DNA of 64,000 nucleotides from Phycisphaerales bacterium (GCA_020247305.1 JADCJE010000045.1:71251-135250), one strand, 5' to 3'. Shown: positions 18,172 through 28,635, counted from the first letter of the stretch. Numbers and translations are program-made. The notes: generated from the sequence alone by a model not told the origin.

Positions 18172-19026
18172 TCACGCCGTCATGCCGACCGACGCGGTCG
18201 CGGCAGCGACCTCCGCCAACTGCGCGGGCGAGAGGCCGAGCGCCTGCAGCGCCTCGGCGCAGGCGAGGTCGCCGAGATAGCCGCCGGGGGCGCTGGCCGC
18301 GAGGTGTGCGACCGTGTTGGCAGCCTTGACCAGGAAGCCGCGGGCCCAGTCCTCGGGCGTCGGCGCCGGCGAGTGGTGGAAGGTCACCGCCGCCTGCACG
18401 GCGGGCGCGAGCTTCCAGCGCTGGGCGAGCAGGCCGCCGACGTGGGCGTGGTTGAAGCCGAACACCTCGCCCTCGGCGATGGCCAGCGGCACCTTGCCGC
18501 TCTGCGACAACTGCAGCGCCTCGCGGAAGTCCTCCGCGCGCGAGTCGATCAGCACGAGCTTGCCGACGTCGTGCACCAACCCGCAGGTGTAGGCATCGTC
18601 CTTGGCGAGGCCGGCGGCGACCGGCGAGCGTTCGGCCAGCATGCGGCAGGCGACGGCGGTCTTGAAGGCGTGGTCCCACAGCCACTTCGCGTCGAAACCC
18701 GGCATCGCCTGCACGCCGCCGAACGCCTCCAGCACGCTCGCTTGCTCGACGACGTTCTTGATGACCTTGAGCCCGAGGATCGAGCAGGCGAGGTTGATGT
18801 TCGAGACGGGGTTCTTGAGCGCGTAGAACGAGCTGTTGACCAGCCGCAGCACGCGCGTCGCGATCGCCGGATCGGTCTCGATGACGCGGGCGGCGTCCTT
18901 GGCCGAACCCTCGACCGACGACGTGATCGCCTGCATTTCGCGCAGCACGGTCGGTAGCGTCGGGATGTGGACCGTGCCGTCGACGAGGTCCTCCAGTTCG
19001 GACGTGCTGGTGATCATTGGGCGCAT
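18172..19026 (-). CDS. Stand-alone HDOD domain protein
   Basis: IPTLP, DPAIATRVLRLVNSSFY, LWDHA, GLVHDVGK, GFNHAHVGGLLAQRWKL, FHH. Start codon uncertain (19017, 19026 or 19050). Confidence 0.9.
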   Translation of the reverse strand: MRPMITSTSELEDLVDGTVHIPTLPTVLREMQAITSSVEGSAKDAARVIETDPAIATRVLRLVNSSFYALKNPVSNINLACSILGLKVIKNVVEQASVLEAFGGVQAMPGFDAKWLWDHAFKTAVACRMLAERSPVAAGLAKDDAYTCGLVHDVGKLVLIDSRAEDFREALQLSQSGKVPLAIAEGEVFGFNHAHVGGLLAQRWKLAPAVQAAVTFHHSPAPTPEDWARGFLVKAANTVAHLAASAPGGYLGDLACAEALQALGLSPAQLAEVAAATASVGMTA

Positions 19027-19210
19027 GCGTGTTTCGGGTGCATGCGGCATTTCCTTGATCGGGGATGATCCCGAGGCGGGGCCTGGCGACGGCTGTCCGC
19101 GCAGCCTGCTGGCGGCTGCCGCGGCGCCGAACCGGCCACGGCACCGCGCCCACACGCTCGGGCTCGCTGCGGCGCAGCCCGCGCGTGCGTCGTGTCCCGG
19201 CGCGCGCCGG

Positions 19211-19954
19211 CTACGAACTTCGGCGTAGGCGCGTGAACGCCGGGGCGCCGTAGCGGTCGCGGGCGAGTTGCTCGGCGAGGTCGCGTTCCTCGGCCGTCAG
19301 GACGCCCGCCGCCGGCTGCAGTCCGAGAGCATGTGCCAGTGCCGCGACGACCGCGTCGGCGAGGCGCTCGCGCAGCGCACCCGTGGGCGCCGTGGCGTCG
19401 GCGACGGCGGCCACGAACGGCGTCAGCGCCGGCTGCGTGAGCACGAGCGAACCGTGGTGCAGCAGCCGCGGCTTCGGCGCCTGCAGGCGGCGCTGCGCCG
19501 AGCCGAGCAGCTTGCCACGATCCGTCACGAGGTCGCCGTCGCCGGGCTCGGCGAAGCACCAGCGCTCGCGCGGCCGCGCCGTCGCCGCGCCGCCGCTCGT
19601 GCAGCGGGTGGCGGCGACGCCGATCGCCCTGAGCGCCGCGAGCACTGCGTCGTGCAACAGCGCGTAGCTGGCGGCGATGTCGCGCGGCAACAGGCTGGCG
19701 TCGGCGGCCAGCGCGAAGGTGAGTTCGTCGCCGTGGTGGATCGCGCCGCCACCGGTGAGCCGCCGAACCACGGTGGTTCCCGGCGGCAGGTCGGCGAAGT
19801 CGTCGAAGCGCTGGAACCAGCCCAGCGAGACGGCGTGCGGCTCCCAGCCGTACAGCCGCAGCGTCGGCGCCTGCGCGCAGTGCAGCAGCGCCTCGTCGAC
19901 GGCCATGTTCCAGGCCGCCGGTCGCGGGCCGTCGCGCAGGACGCGAAGGGACAT
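19211..19954 (-). CDS. Lipoate-protein ligase / octanoyltransferase (LplA/LipM family)
   Basis: NMAVDEALL, LRLYGW, RRLTGGGAIHH, KLLGSAQ, HHGSL; lies next to gcvH. Confidence 0.88.
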   Translation of the reverse strand: MSLRVLRDGPRPAAWNMAVDEALLHCAQAPTLRLYGWEPHAVSLGWFQRFDDFADLPPGTTVVRRLTGGGAIHHGDELTFALAADASLLPRDIAASYALLHDAVLAALRAIGVAATRCTSGGAATARPRERWCFAEPGDGDLVTDRGKLLGSAQRRLQAPKPRLLHHGSLVLTQPALTPFVAAVADATAPTGALRERLADAVVAALAHALGLQPAAGVLTAEERDLAEQLARDRYGAPAFTRLRRSS

Positions 19955-20019
19955 GGCGTCGGTTGCGCGAGGGCCGTGCGGCGCCGCGAGCGCCCGCGCG
20001 CCGCGGCCCTCGCCGGCGA

Positions 20020-20400
20020 TCAGCCGCCCTCGGCCTGGCAGTGGGCGTCGTAGGCCGCCGCCGCGAGCAGGTCCTGCGACTCGGCGGTGAGCTTGACCTT
20101 GATCATCCAGGCCTTGCCGAACGGGTCCTGCGCCAGCAGCTCCAGGTTGTCAGGCAGTTCCTTGTTGGCGTCGACCACCTCGCCGCTGACCGGCGAGTAC
20201 AGGCTGCTCACCGCCTTGACCGACTCGATCTCACCGAAGCTCTCGCCCGTCGTCACCGACGCGCCCTTGTTGGGCAGGTCGAGGAAGACCAGGTCGCTGA
20301 GGTGGGAGACGGCGTAGTCGGTGATGCCGATCGTGGCGATGCCGTTCTCGATCTTGCACCACTCGTGGCTCTTGAGGTACTTGCGGTCGTTGGGACGCAT
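20020..20400 (-). CDS. gcvH: Glycine cleavage system H protein
   Basis: SHEW, GITDYA, IESVKAVS containing the lipoyl-Lys. Confidence 0.96.
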   Translation of the reverse strand: MRPNDRKYLKSHEWCKIENGIATIGITDYAVSHLSDLVFLDLPNKGASVTTGESFGEIESVKAVSSLYSPVSGEVVDANKELPDNLELLAQDPFGKAWMIKVKLTAESQDLLAAAAYDAHCQAEGG

Positions 20401-20428
20401 GGGAGTGCTGTCGGGGTACGAGCGAAGC

Positions 20429-21520
<1,092 letters not shown>

Positions 21521-21707
21521 GCTGGTGCTTCGGGGGCGGAGAGCTTAGCCCGCGTCCGCGTGGCTGCCAGCACGGCCACGCCTCGCGTCGACGCGTCGGG
21601 CCGCGCGGGGGGGGGGCGGCGCGCGCTGCGCCGGTGCCGCGACGGCGGCCATCTCGGCCGCGCCGAGCACCAGCGACACGGGTCGTCGGCGACACCGCGT
21701 CGCGCGC

Positions 21708-22244
21708 TCAGCCGCCGAGTTTGCGCAGCAGATCGTCGAGGTCGCAGCGGGCGACGTCCCCGGGCGCGATCGGCCCGAGCCGGCGGAACCGTGCGCGCTC
21801 GCGCGCCGAGGCGAAGTCGTCGTGCGCTCCCGGCGCGTCATCGGCGCAGTCGCCGTGCGCGCGCGCGGGCTCGATCGGGTCGAAGGCGACGCGATCGTCG
21901 GCGACGGCGCGCGCGCCGGCCTCGACCGGCGGCCGCGGCGGCGCGACCGAGGTTCCGGCCAGTCGCGGGCCGGCGTCCCGCGCCGGGTCGACGAGCCGCG
22001 CGTAGCGCTCCGGCGCCGCGGTGCGGGCGCGGTCGAGACTGCGTCGCCACGATGGGTAGTCGCCGACGGCGAAGGCCAGGCGCGCCAGCGCGAGGTGCAC
22101 GTCGAAGGCGTCGCCGCCGCAGGCGAGCGCGCGCTCGTAGTGGCGCCGCGCCGCAGCCGGTCGGCCGAGCGCGCACGCAAGGCGTCCCGCGCCGCGGTGC
22201 CACCGGGCGATGACGGCGTTCAGCAGGCGCGGGATGGCGTGCAT
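21708..22244 (-). CDS. Hypothetical protein with a TPR-like helix pair
   Basis: ARRHYERALA...VHLALARLAF is a TPR-like pattern; fills the gap divergent from the Mgl locus. Confidence 0.55.
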   Translation of the reverse strand: MHAIPRLLNAVIARWHRGAGRLACALGRPAAARRHYERALACGGDAFDVHLALARLAFAVGDYPSWRRSLDRARTAAPERYARLVDPARDAGPRLAGTSVAPPRPPVEAGARAVADDRVAFDPIEPARAHGDCADDAPGAHDDFASARERARFRRLGPIAPGDVARCDLDDLLRKLGG

Positions 22245-22390
22245 CAGGACGAGATTAGGAGTTGCCGACGCGACCGGCAAGACGGGGGGGGGCGCGCCAC
22301 CCGGCGACGGCGAAAAAACGGCGGCGCTCAGGGCCGTGGCAGCGCCCGGTCGATACCCGAGCGGTCCGGTTCCACCAACCTTCGACGATA

Positions 22391-25300
22391 ATGGTTCTAC
22401 GCGGGGATCTCGCCAGTGTCGACCTGTCCCAGGTCTTCCAGATGCTGGCGCTCAACAAGAAGGTTGGCCTGCTCAGCATCCAGGGCGAGCGCTTCTGGCA
22501 GGCGCTGTACTTCGAACCGCGCGGCGTGACCCTCTGCCACAACGTCCATCAGGTCGTCGATCGGCTCGTGCTGGCGATGGTGCGGACCGGCAAGCTCGCC
22601 GAGGCAGCGGTGGAGGAGATCCGCACGCATGCCGCCGACACCGAGAAGGACATCGTCGACGGCCTGCTGGCCGGCGGCTACCTCGACGCGGAGGAACTCG
22701 CCGAGCGGTACCGCGCCGAGCTGGAGGAGCAGATCTACGAGCTGTTCCTGCGCCACGACGCGAAGTTCGAGTTCCACGAGCACAAGAAGTCGCTGCCCGG
22801 CCGCGACGCCACGATCGACGAACGCCACTTCTTCAACTGCGATTCGGTGATCATGGAGGCCGCCCGCCGCATCGACGAGTGGGCTTTCATCAGCGAGCGC
22901 GTGCCGACGCAAGCCGAGGTGTTCCGCTGCTCGGTCGACGAACTGCCGGCCGGCCGCTTCAGCGAAGAGGCTGTGGCGGTGTTCCGCCTGCTCGACGGGT
23001 ATCGCAGCGTCGCCGGCGTCGTCGAGGCCTCGGGCCTCGTCCAGTTCCAGGTCTGCAAGGCGCTGAGCCAGATGATCGATGCCGGCGTCTGCGCCGCCGT
23101 GCCGCCCGAGCAGTTGCTCGCGCTCGCCGAAGAGTGCGTGCGCAGCGAGCGGTTGCGCGACGCGATCCGCCTCTACGAGCGGGCGATCGAGCAGGAGGTC
23201 GGGCTGCCGGATGCGCACGGCTATGCCGCCAGTGCCTGCCAGGCAGCCTCGGAGTTCGAGCGGGCGGTCCACCACTTCCGCTGCGAGGCCGAGCAGCGCG
23301 TCGCCGCCGGCGATGCTGCCGGCGCCGCCGCCGCGCTGTTCGAGATCCGCGCGATCGTTCCGACCGACCTCGCCGCGCGCGAGCAGCTCGTGGCGTTGAC
23401 CACCGGCGAGGACGCGACGCAGTTGCCGGGCTTCGACGTCGTGGCGGAAGGCCGCGAGCTGGTCGAGCTGCTCGGCGCCATCGGGGCCGAGGACCGCGCG
23501 CAGTCTCTGCTGGAGCGCCTCGTGCTCGCCGCGCCGCGCGCCCCCGAGCTCAAGAAGGCCATGGTCGGCGCCGCCATCAAGGCGGGGGACCTCCGTCGGG
23601 CGATCGAACTCTACGAGGGCATCGCCGCCGACTATGTCCACCTCGAGCAGGCCAACGAGGCGGTCGTCTACCTGCAGAAGATCCTGGTGCTCGACCGCGG
23701 CCGCAACGACGTCGAGGAGCGCATCGTCGAGTTGCGCGCGTTCGACCAGAGGCACCGCCGTCGCGGCGCGCTCGTCGGCACGCTGACGCTGCTGTTCCTG
23801 ATGCTGGTCGGCCTCGGCTTCAGCTACTGGTACTACGACCAGTCGGCCGCCATCTCGCTCGCTGCGATCGACGTTCGCGACGAACTGGCGCGCAAGGACT
23901 TCACCAGCGCCGAGGCGGCGTTCGTCGGCTTCATCGCCTGCCATCCGTACACCACCGCGCTCGACGGCGCGCACGCCGAGTTGCGCGTGCTCGCGGGTTT
24001 GCGCCGGCAGCACGAGGAGGAGCAGGATCGGCTCGACGAGGAACAGCGCGTGAAGCTGGCCAGGCTGCGTTCCCAGTACCAGGCGGAATGGGCGCGCCAC
24101 CGCACGCTCTTCTTCGCCGGCAAGGCCGCCGACTCCGTGCTCTCGATCGAGCGCGTCCGGCAACTGGTCGCCGAATGCGGCGACGAGAAGGATGTCGCAT
24201 GGGCGGCGACGCAGCAGGTCGACGAGACGCTGCGAAAGCTGAAGCTATACATGGCGGAGTCCGCGGCCCTGGGGGCGCAATACGCGGCCCTGCGGGAGAC
24301 CGGCGATTGGCGTGGCGCGCGCGGCATCGCGCTGCGCCTGCGGTCGGGCTTCGACAACTCCGACGCCGCGCGCGAGTGCCCGTTGCCGGTGGAGGTCGTG
24401 TCGCGGCCGCTTGGCGCGACGGTCGCCGTCGACGGCGAGATCCTGCGACGCGAGGGCGACGGGCCGGTGCAGACGCCGGCGGTGGTGTTCGCCAAGGGCG
24501 CGACGTTGCGGGTGGACGTCGCGCTCGACGGCTTCCGGTCCCGCCGCGTCGACGTCGACGCCGCCGCGAAGGAGAGCATCGAACTGACGCTGGACGTGCT
24601 GCCCGCGGCGACCATCGACTTCGAGACGCCGCCGCAGACCGGCGTCGGCATCGGCGAGGATTGGCTCGCCGTCGGCCTGCGCGGCGGTCGCATCGGCATA
24701 GCCCGCGCCGATGGCGCGGAACGTCGCGTCGTGGCGCTGCCGGGACTGCGAGCCGTCGACGCCACGCCCGTGGTCGCCGCCGGCTTCGTCTTCTTCCTGA
24801 GCAACGAGAACACCGTCGACTGCCTGCCGCTGGCCGTCGGCGGCGCGCGCCGCGCCTGGTCGCGGGAGATCGCGGGCGGCGCCGGTTCGGGTCTGGCGGT
24901 CCTCGGCGGGCGCGTCGCCGTCGTCGATCGCGCCGGGGTCCTGCGCGCGTTCGACCAGGCGACCGGCGCGCCGGCGTTCGCCGTGCCGCTGCAGGGCGCG
25001 CCGGCCGGCGCGCCGGTGCTGCACGGCCGCAACGTCCACGTCGGCCTCGCCGACGGCCGATTGTTCACCGCCAGCGCCACCGATGGCGCCATCGCCCACG
25101 TCGTGCGCGCGCCCGCCGGCCTGTCCGCCTCGCCGCTGGCATGGGAGGACCTGCTGGTCGCCGGCCTGGTCGACGGTCGCGTCGTCGCGCTCGACGCCAA
25201 GGACGGCAAGGTGCGCTGGTCGTTCGCCGCCGGCGGGGCGATCGGCGACGGCGACTTCGCCGTCTGCCAGGACAAGGTGCTCGCGCGCTCGGGCGAAGAC

Positions 25301-25585
25301 CGCATCGTCGCGCTCGACGTGCGCAGCGGCGCGGAGCTCGGCGCGATCAGCACCGGCGGCGCCGTCGGCCACATCGCCGTGACCGGCGAACGGGCCTTCG
25401 CCTCCGTCGTGCGGCCGCGCGTCGCCGGCGATGCCGGCGGCGAGGCGTTGTTGCTGATCGACGTCGGCGCGATGGCGGTCGCGTGGGAGCACCGCGGCGA
25501 AGGCGGCGGCGCCCGCGGCTGCGGTTTCGGCGGCGGCTTCGCCGCCATGTCGCAGTCTTCGGGCCAGCTGCTGCTGTTCCGCTAG
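22391..25585 (+). CDS. DUF4388 (PATAN-like) + TPR + transmembrane + PEGA-like + PQQ-type beta-propeller protein
   Basis: N-terminal LRGDLASVDLSQVFQML...GLLSI and IMEAARRIDEW (DUF4388); TPR-like helices; TM GTLTLLFLMLVGLGFSYWYY; VVSRPLGATVAVDG (PEGA-like); DGRVVALDAKDGKVRW propeller repeats. Confidence 0.82.
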   Translation: MVLRGDLASVDLSQVFQMLALNKKVGLLSIQGERFWQALYFEPRGVTLCHNVHQVVDRLVLAMVRTGKLAEAAVEEIRTHAADTEKDIVDGLLAGGYLDAEELAERYRAELEEQIYELFLRHDAKFEFHEHKKSLPGRDATIDERHFFNCDSVIMEAARRIDEWAFISERVPTQAEVFRCSVDELPAGRFSEEAVAVFRLLDGYRSVAGVVEASGLVQFQVCKALSQMIDAGVCAAVPPEQLLALAEECVRSERLRDAIRLYERAIEQEVGLPDAHGYAASACQAASEFERAVHHFRCEAEQRVAAGDAAGAAAALFEIRAIVPTDLAAREQLVALTTGEDATQLPGFDVVAEGRELVELLGAIGAEDRAQSLLERLVLAAPRAPELKKAMVGAAIKAGDLRRAIELYEGIAADYVHLEQANEAVVYLQKILVLDRGRNDVEERIVELRAFDQRHRRRGALVGTLTLLFLMLVGLGFSYWYYDQSAAISLAAIDVRDELARKDFTSAEAAFVGFIACHPYTTALDGAHAELRVLAGLRRQHEEEQDRLDEEQRVKLARLRSQYQAEWARHRTLFFAGKAADSVLSIERVRQLVAECGDEKDVAWAATQQVDETLRKLKLYMAESAALGAQYAALRETGDWRGARGIALRLRSGFDNSDAARECPLPVEVVSRPLGATVAVDGEILRREGDGPVQTPAVVFAKGATLRVDVALDGFRSRRVDVDAAAKESIELTLDVLPAATIDFETPPQTGVGIGEDWLAVGLRGGRIGIARADGAERRVVALPGLRAVDATPVVAAGFVFFLSNENTVDCLPLAVGGARRAWSREIAGGAGSGLAVLGGRVAVVDRAGVLRAFDQATGAPAFAVPLQGAPAGAPVLHGRNVHVGLADGRLFTASATDGAIAHVVRAPAGLSASPLAWEDLLVAGLVDGRVVALDAKDGKVRWSFAAGGAIGDGDFAVCQDKVLARSGEDRIVALDVRSGAELGAISTGGAVGHIAVTGERAFASVVRPRVAGDAGGEALLLIDVGAMAVAWEHRGEGGGARGCGFGGGFAAMSQSSGQLLLFR

Positions 25586-25598
25586 CAAGGACGATGCA

Positions 25599-26693
25599 AT
25601 GAACCTGCTGCAACGCATGAAGGTCTGGCGCGAGCTCAAGCAGCTCGAGCAGCGCGTCCGCGAGGAACCGGCGCCGACCACGTTCGTGGACCTCGGCCAG
25701 GTCCACATCAGCCTCGACATGCACGACAAGGCGGAGCGCATCGCCGAGGACGGCTTGTCGTTGTTCCCGAAGTCGATCGAGCTGCGGCAGCTGCTGGACA
25801 CGGCGCGCCGCGGGTTGCGGCGCAAGCGCATGGACGAACTGCGCGCGCAGTTGCTGCGCGCGCCGGACGCGGCGTCGTTCGCGGAGCTGACCGGACTCCA
25901 GGTCGAGCTCGGCGACCGCGCGGGCATGCAGCGGACCTGCCAGGAGTGGGGGGTGCGCTTCCCGCAGGATCCGGGCAGCTGGCGCGTCCTGGCGCGGGCG
26001 CACCTGGTCAACTACTACCGCGATCTCGCCGCCAGCGAGGGCTCGTCGGCCGTGCGCTGCCTGGAGTTGGCGATCGAACGCGAGCCCGACGAGGCGCCGA
26101 CCCGGCTGATGCTGGCCGAGGTGCTCTACCGCATCGGCGCGGCGCGCCGCGCCGAGGGACAGATCCGCGCCGTCTTGCAGGCCGCGCCGATGGACTCGGC
26201 TGCCGCGGCGCTGCTCGCGCACGTCACCGCGCTCGCCGACGACGGCGACGACGTCGATGCGCTGCTCGCCGACGTGGAGGAGCACGGCGCCCTGCGGCAT
26301 CCGACGCCGGCGACGGCCGCGCCGCAGGTGAACGCGGAGTCGTTCGTCGGCGTCCGCGACGCCCTCGGCGACGTCACCCAGATCGAGGGCGTGCGCAAGG
26401 CGACCTTCATCCGCGGCACGAAGGCGATGGTCCGCGGCGCCGTCCGCGACGGCCGCGATCCCTTCCTGCGCACCGCTCGCGTCGTCGGCAAGTCGATGCA
26501 GCGGTTCGCGCGGCGGTTGGACATCGGGCAGGCCAACAAGTCGGTGGTCGAGGGCGGCTTCGGCGCGGTCTGCGTGTGCGCGTACGGCGACGCGATGGCG
26601 GCCGCGCAGTGCGACGCCGGCGCCGACTTCGAGCGCGTCCTCTTGGCGTTGCAGGAAGTCGTCGCGGGCGCGCTGGCCGCGCCGGAGAGCTGA
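25599..26693 (+). CDS. TPR protein with a C-terminal roadblock/LC7-like domain
   Basis: TPR-like repeats (FVDLGQVH..., TRLMLAEVLYRIG); C-terminal about 110 aa ALGDVTQIEGVRKATFI...VVEGGFGAVCVC have a roadblock-like pattern. Confidence 0.7.
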   Translation: MNLLQRMKVWRELKQLEQRVREEPAPTTFVDLGQVHISLDMHDKAERIAEDGLSLFPKSIELRQLLDTARRGLRRKRMDELRAQLLRAPDAASFAELTGLQVELGDRAGMQRTCQEWGVRFPQDPGSWRVLARAHLVNYYRDLAASEGSSAVRCLELAIEREPDEAPTRLMLAEVLYRIGAARRAEGQIRAVLQAAPMDSAAAALLAHVTALADDGDDVDALLADVEEHGALRHPTPATAAPQVNAESFVGVRDALGDVTQIEGVRKATFIRGTKAMVRGAVRDGRDPFLRTARVVGKSMQRFARRLDIGQANKSVVEGGFGAVCVCAYGDAMAAAQCDAGADFERVLLALQEVVAGALAAPES

Positions 26694-26695
26694 AG

Positions 26696-27055
26696 ATGAG
26701 CAAGATCCACGAAGCACTGTCCGGTCTGCGCAGCACGCCCGGCGTAAAGGGCGTCGCGCTGCTGACCTCGGACGGCCTCGTCGCCGCCGCCTCCCTCGAC
26801 GCCGCCTGCGACGCCGAGGCGCTCGCCGGCCTCGCGTCCTACCTGATGACGTCCACCAACCGCGCGCTGCAGGAAGGCGCGATGGGGCCCTGCACGCGCG
26901 TCACCATCCAGGCGAGCAACGGCAAGGCGCAGATCGTCGAGATGCCCGAGTCGTCGCTGGTCGTGCTGTTCGACCAGTTCGCCGACGTCGGCGCCGCGCG
27001 TCGCCCGGTCGACGAGGCCGTCGCGCGCATCCGCCGCCTGGCCGGCATCAAGTGA
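26696..27055 (+). CDS. Roadblock/LC7 domain protein (MglB/MglC-like)
   Basis: LRSTPGVKGVALLTSDGLVAA...AEALAGLA...VTIQASNG is a roadblock signature; 119 aa. Confidence 0.85.
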   Translation: MSKIHEALSGLRSTPGVKGVALLTSDGLVAAASLDAACDAEALAGLASYLMTSTNRALQEGAMGPCTRVTIQASNGKAQIVEMPESSLVVLFDQFADVGAARRPVDEAVARIRRLAGIK

Positions 27056-27178
27056 AGCAAACCTCCTGGCGGTCAACGCGGCTCAAGTCGCGCCGCGGCC
27101 GCCGTCGATAGTCCGTGCGTCGCGCCGCGGCCAGGATGCCGCGCCAGCGACGACAAACCGTCGGGACGCGAGACATCC

Positions 27179-28102
27179 ATGGTTCAGATCAACTTCGCGC
27201 TGAAAGAAGTCAATTGCAAGGTCGTCTACTACGGCCCGGGAATGAGTGGCAAGACCACCAATCTCGAGATCGTCCACCAGAAGGCTCCTGAGGAGAACAA
27301 GGGCGACCTGACGTCGATCTCGACCGACGGCGACCGCACGCTGTTCTTCGACTTCATGCCGCTCGACCTCGGCAACGTCGCCGGCATGCGCACGAAGTTC
27401 CAGCTCTACACGGTGCCCGGCCAGGTCTACTACAACTCGACGCGCAAGCTGGTGCTGCAGGGCGTCGACGGCGTCATCTTCGTCGCGGACTCGGATCCCG
27501 AGAAGATGGACGAGAACCTGGAGAGCTACGCGAACCTCATCGAGAACCTCGCCGAGTACGGCAAGGACGTCCGCGAGCTGCCGCACGTCATCCAGTACAA
27601 CAAGCGCGACCTGCCGACGGCGCTGTCGGTCAGCGAGATGGACCGCCAACTCAACAAGTTCGGCGTGCCGACGTTCGAGGCCGTGGCTTACACCGGCGAA
27701 GGCGTCTTCCCGACGCTGAAGACGCTGGCCGCGATGGTGCTCGAGAGCATCGAGAAGATCGACGGCCGCAACCCGCGCCGCGCCGCTCCGGCCGGCAAGC
27801 CGGCGGCAGAAGCGGAGCCGGCGCCCGTTGCCGCGCCCGCTGCGCCCGCGAAGCCCCGTCCGGCGGGTCCCGCCCGGCCCGCTCCGGCGCGCCGCCCGGC
27901 AGCCCCCGTCGGCGCCACCGCCACCGCCGCCCGGCCGCGGCCGGCGGCCCGCCCCGCGCCGCGACCCGCTCCGGCGCCCGTCGCCGCCGCGCCGGCGAAG
28001 CCGCAACCGCGCACGTTCGGCGTCGGCGTCGTCGTCACCCTGTCCGTCCTGCTGCTGATCGCAGCGGCCGGCGTCGCCTACCTCGTCCTCGGCCAACAGT
28101 GA
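27179..28102 (+). CDS. mglA: MglA-family small GTPase with Pro/Ala linker and C-terminal transmembrane helix
   Basis: KVVYYGPGMSGKTTNL, DRTLFFDF, LYTVPGQVYY, GVDGVIFVADS, QYNKRDL, GEGVF; the tail FGVGVVVTLSVLLLIAAAGVAYLVL is hydrophobic. Confidence 0.93.
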   Translation: MVQINFALKEVNCKVVYYGPGMSGKTTNLEIVHQKAPEENKGDLTSISTDGDRTLFFDFMPLDLGNVAGMRTKFQLYTVPGQVYYNSTRKLVLQGVDGVIFVADSDPEKMDENLESYANLIENLAEYGKDVRELPHVIQYNKRDLPTALSVSEMDRQLNKFGVPTFEAVAYTGEGVFPTLKTLAAMVLESIEKIDGRNPRRAAPAGKPAAEAEPAPVAAPAAPAKPRPAGPARPAPARRPAAPVGATATAARPRPAARPAPRPAPAPVAAAPAKPQPRTFGVGVVVTLSVLLLIAAAGVAYLVLGQQ

Positions 28103-28116
28103 GCGGAGTCCGTCCC

Positions 28117-28635
28117 ATGCCCGATTCCAAGCGCATCTCGCAGAACGAACGCCTCCGCCAGGACCGGTTGACCTTCTACAAGGAAGACGTCGACCAGATC
28201 GACAAGTTGCTGGCCGAGTTCCTCCGTCTGTCCGGCGCGAAGTGCGCGCTGCTGATCGACAAGGAGGGCCACCTCGTGACCAAGTGCGGCGAACTCCGCA
28301 CGATCGACATCGACACCATCTCGGCGCTCGTCGCCGGCTCCTTCGCCGCGACCAAGGAGATGGCCCGCCTGCTCGGCGAGGACGAGTTCACCGCGATGTT
28401 CCACCAGGGCGAGCGCGACAACATCCAGCTGTCGCTCGTCGGCGATCGCACGCTGCTGACCATCCTGTTCGACGACCGCACCACGGTCGGCATGGTGCGT
28501 CTGTACGCGGGCGAGACGGCGAAGAAGCTCGCCGAGATCTACACCAAGGTCGTGCAACGCCCCGAAGGCGACAGCGGCCTCGGTGACAAGTACGGCAGCG
28601 AGGCGTCGAAGACGCTCGACAAGCTGTTCGACTGA
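28117..28635 (+). CDS. mglB: MglB roadblock GTPase-activating protein
   Basis: LLIDKEGHLV, ISALVAGSFAATKEMARLLGEDEF...FHQGE, FDDRTTVGMVRL, C-terminal LDKLFD; GGAG upstream of the ATG. Confidence 0.92.
   Translation: MPDSKRISQNERLRQDRLTFYKEDVDQIDKLLAEFLRLSGAKCALLIDKEGHLVTKCGELRTIDIDTISALVAGSFAATKEMARLLGEDEFTAMFHQGERDNIQLSLVGDRTLLTILFDDRTTVGMVRLYAGETAKKLAEIYTKVVQRPEGDSGLGDKYGSEASKTLDKLFD

Noticed and set aside
21521-21707. Glycine riboswitch upstream of gcvT
   Set aside because: The conserved GGAGA...GAAG...CTCTCAGG aptamer elements are not present in the right order on the coding strand.
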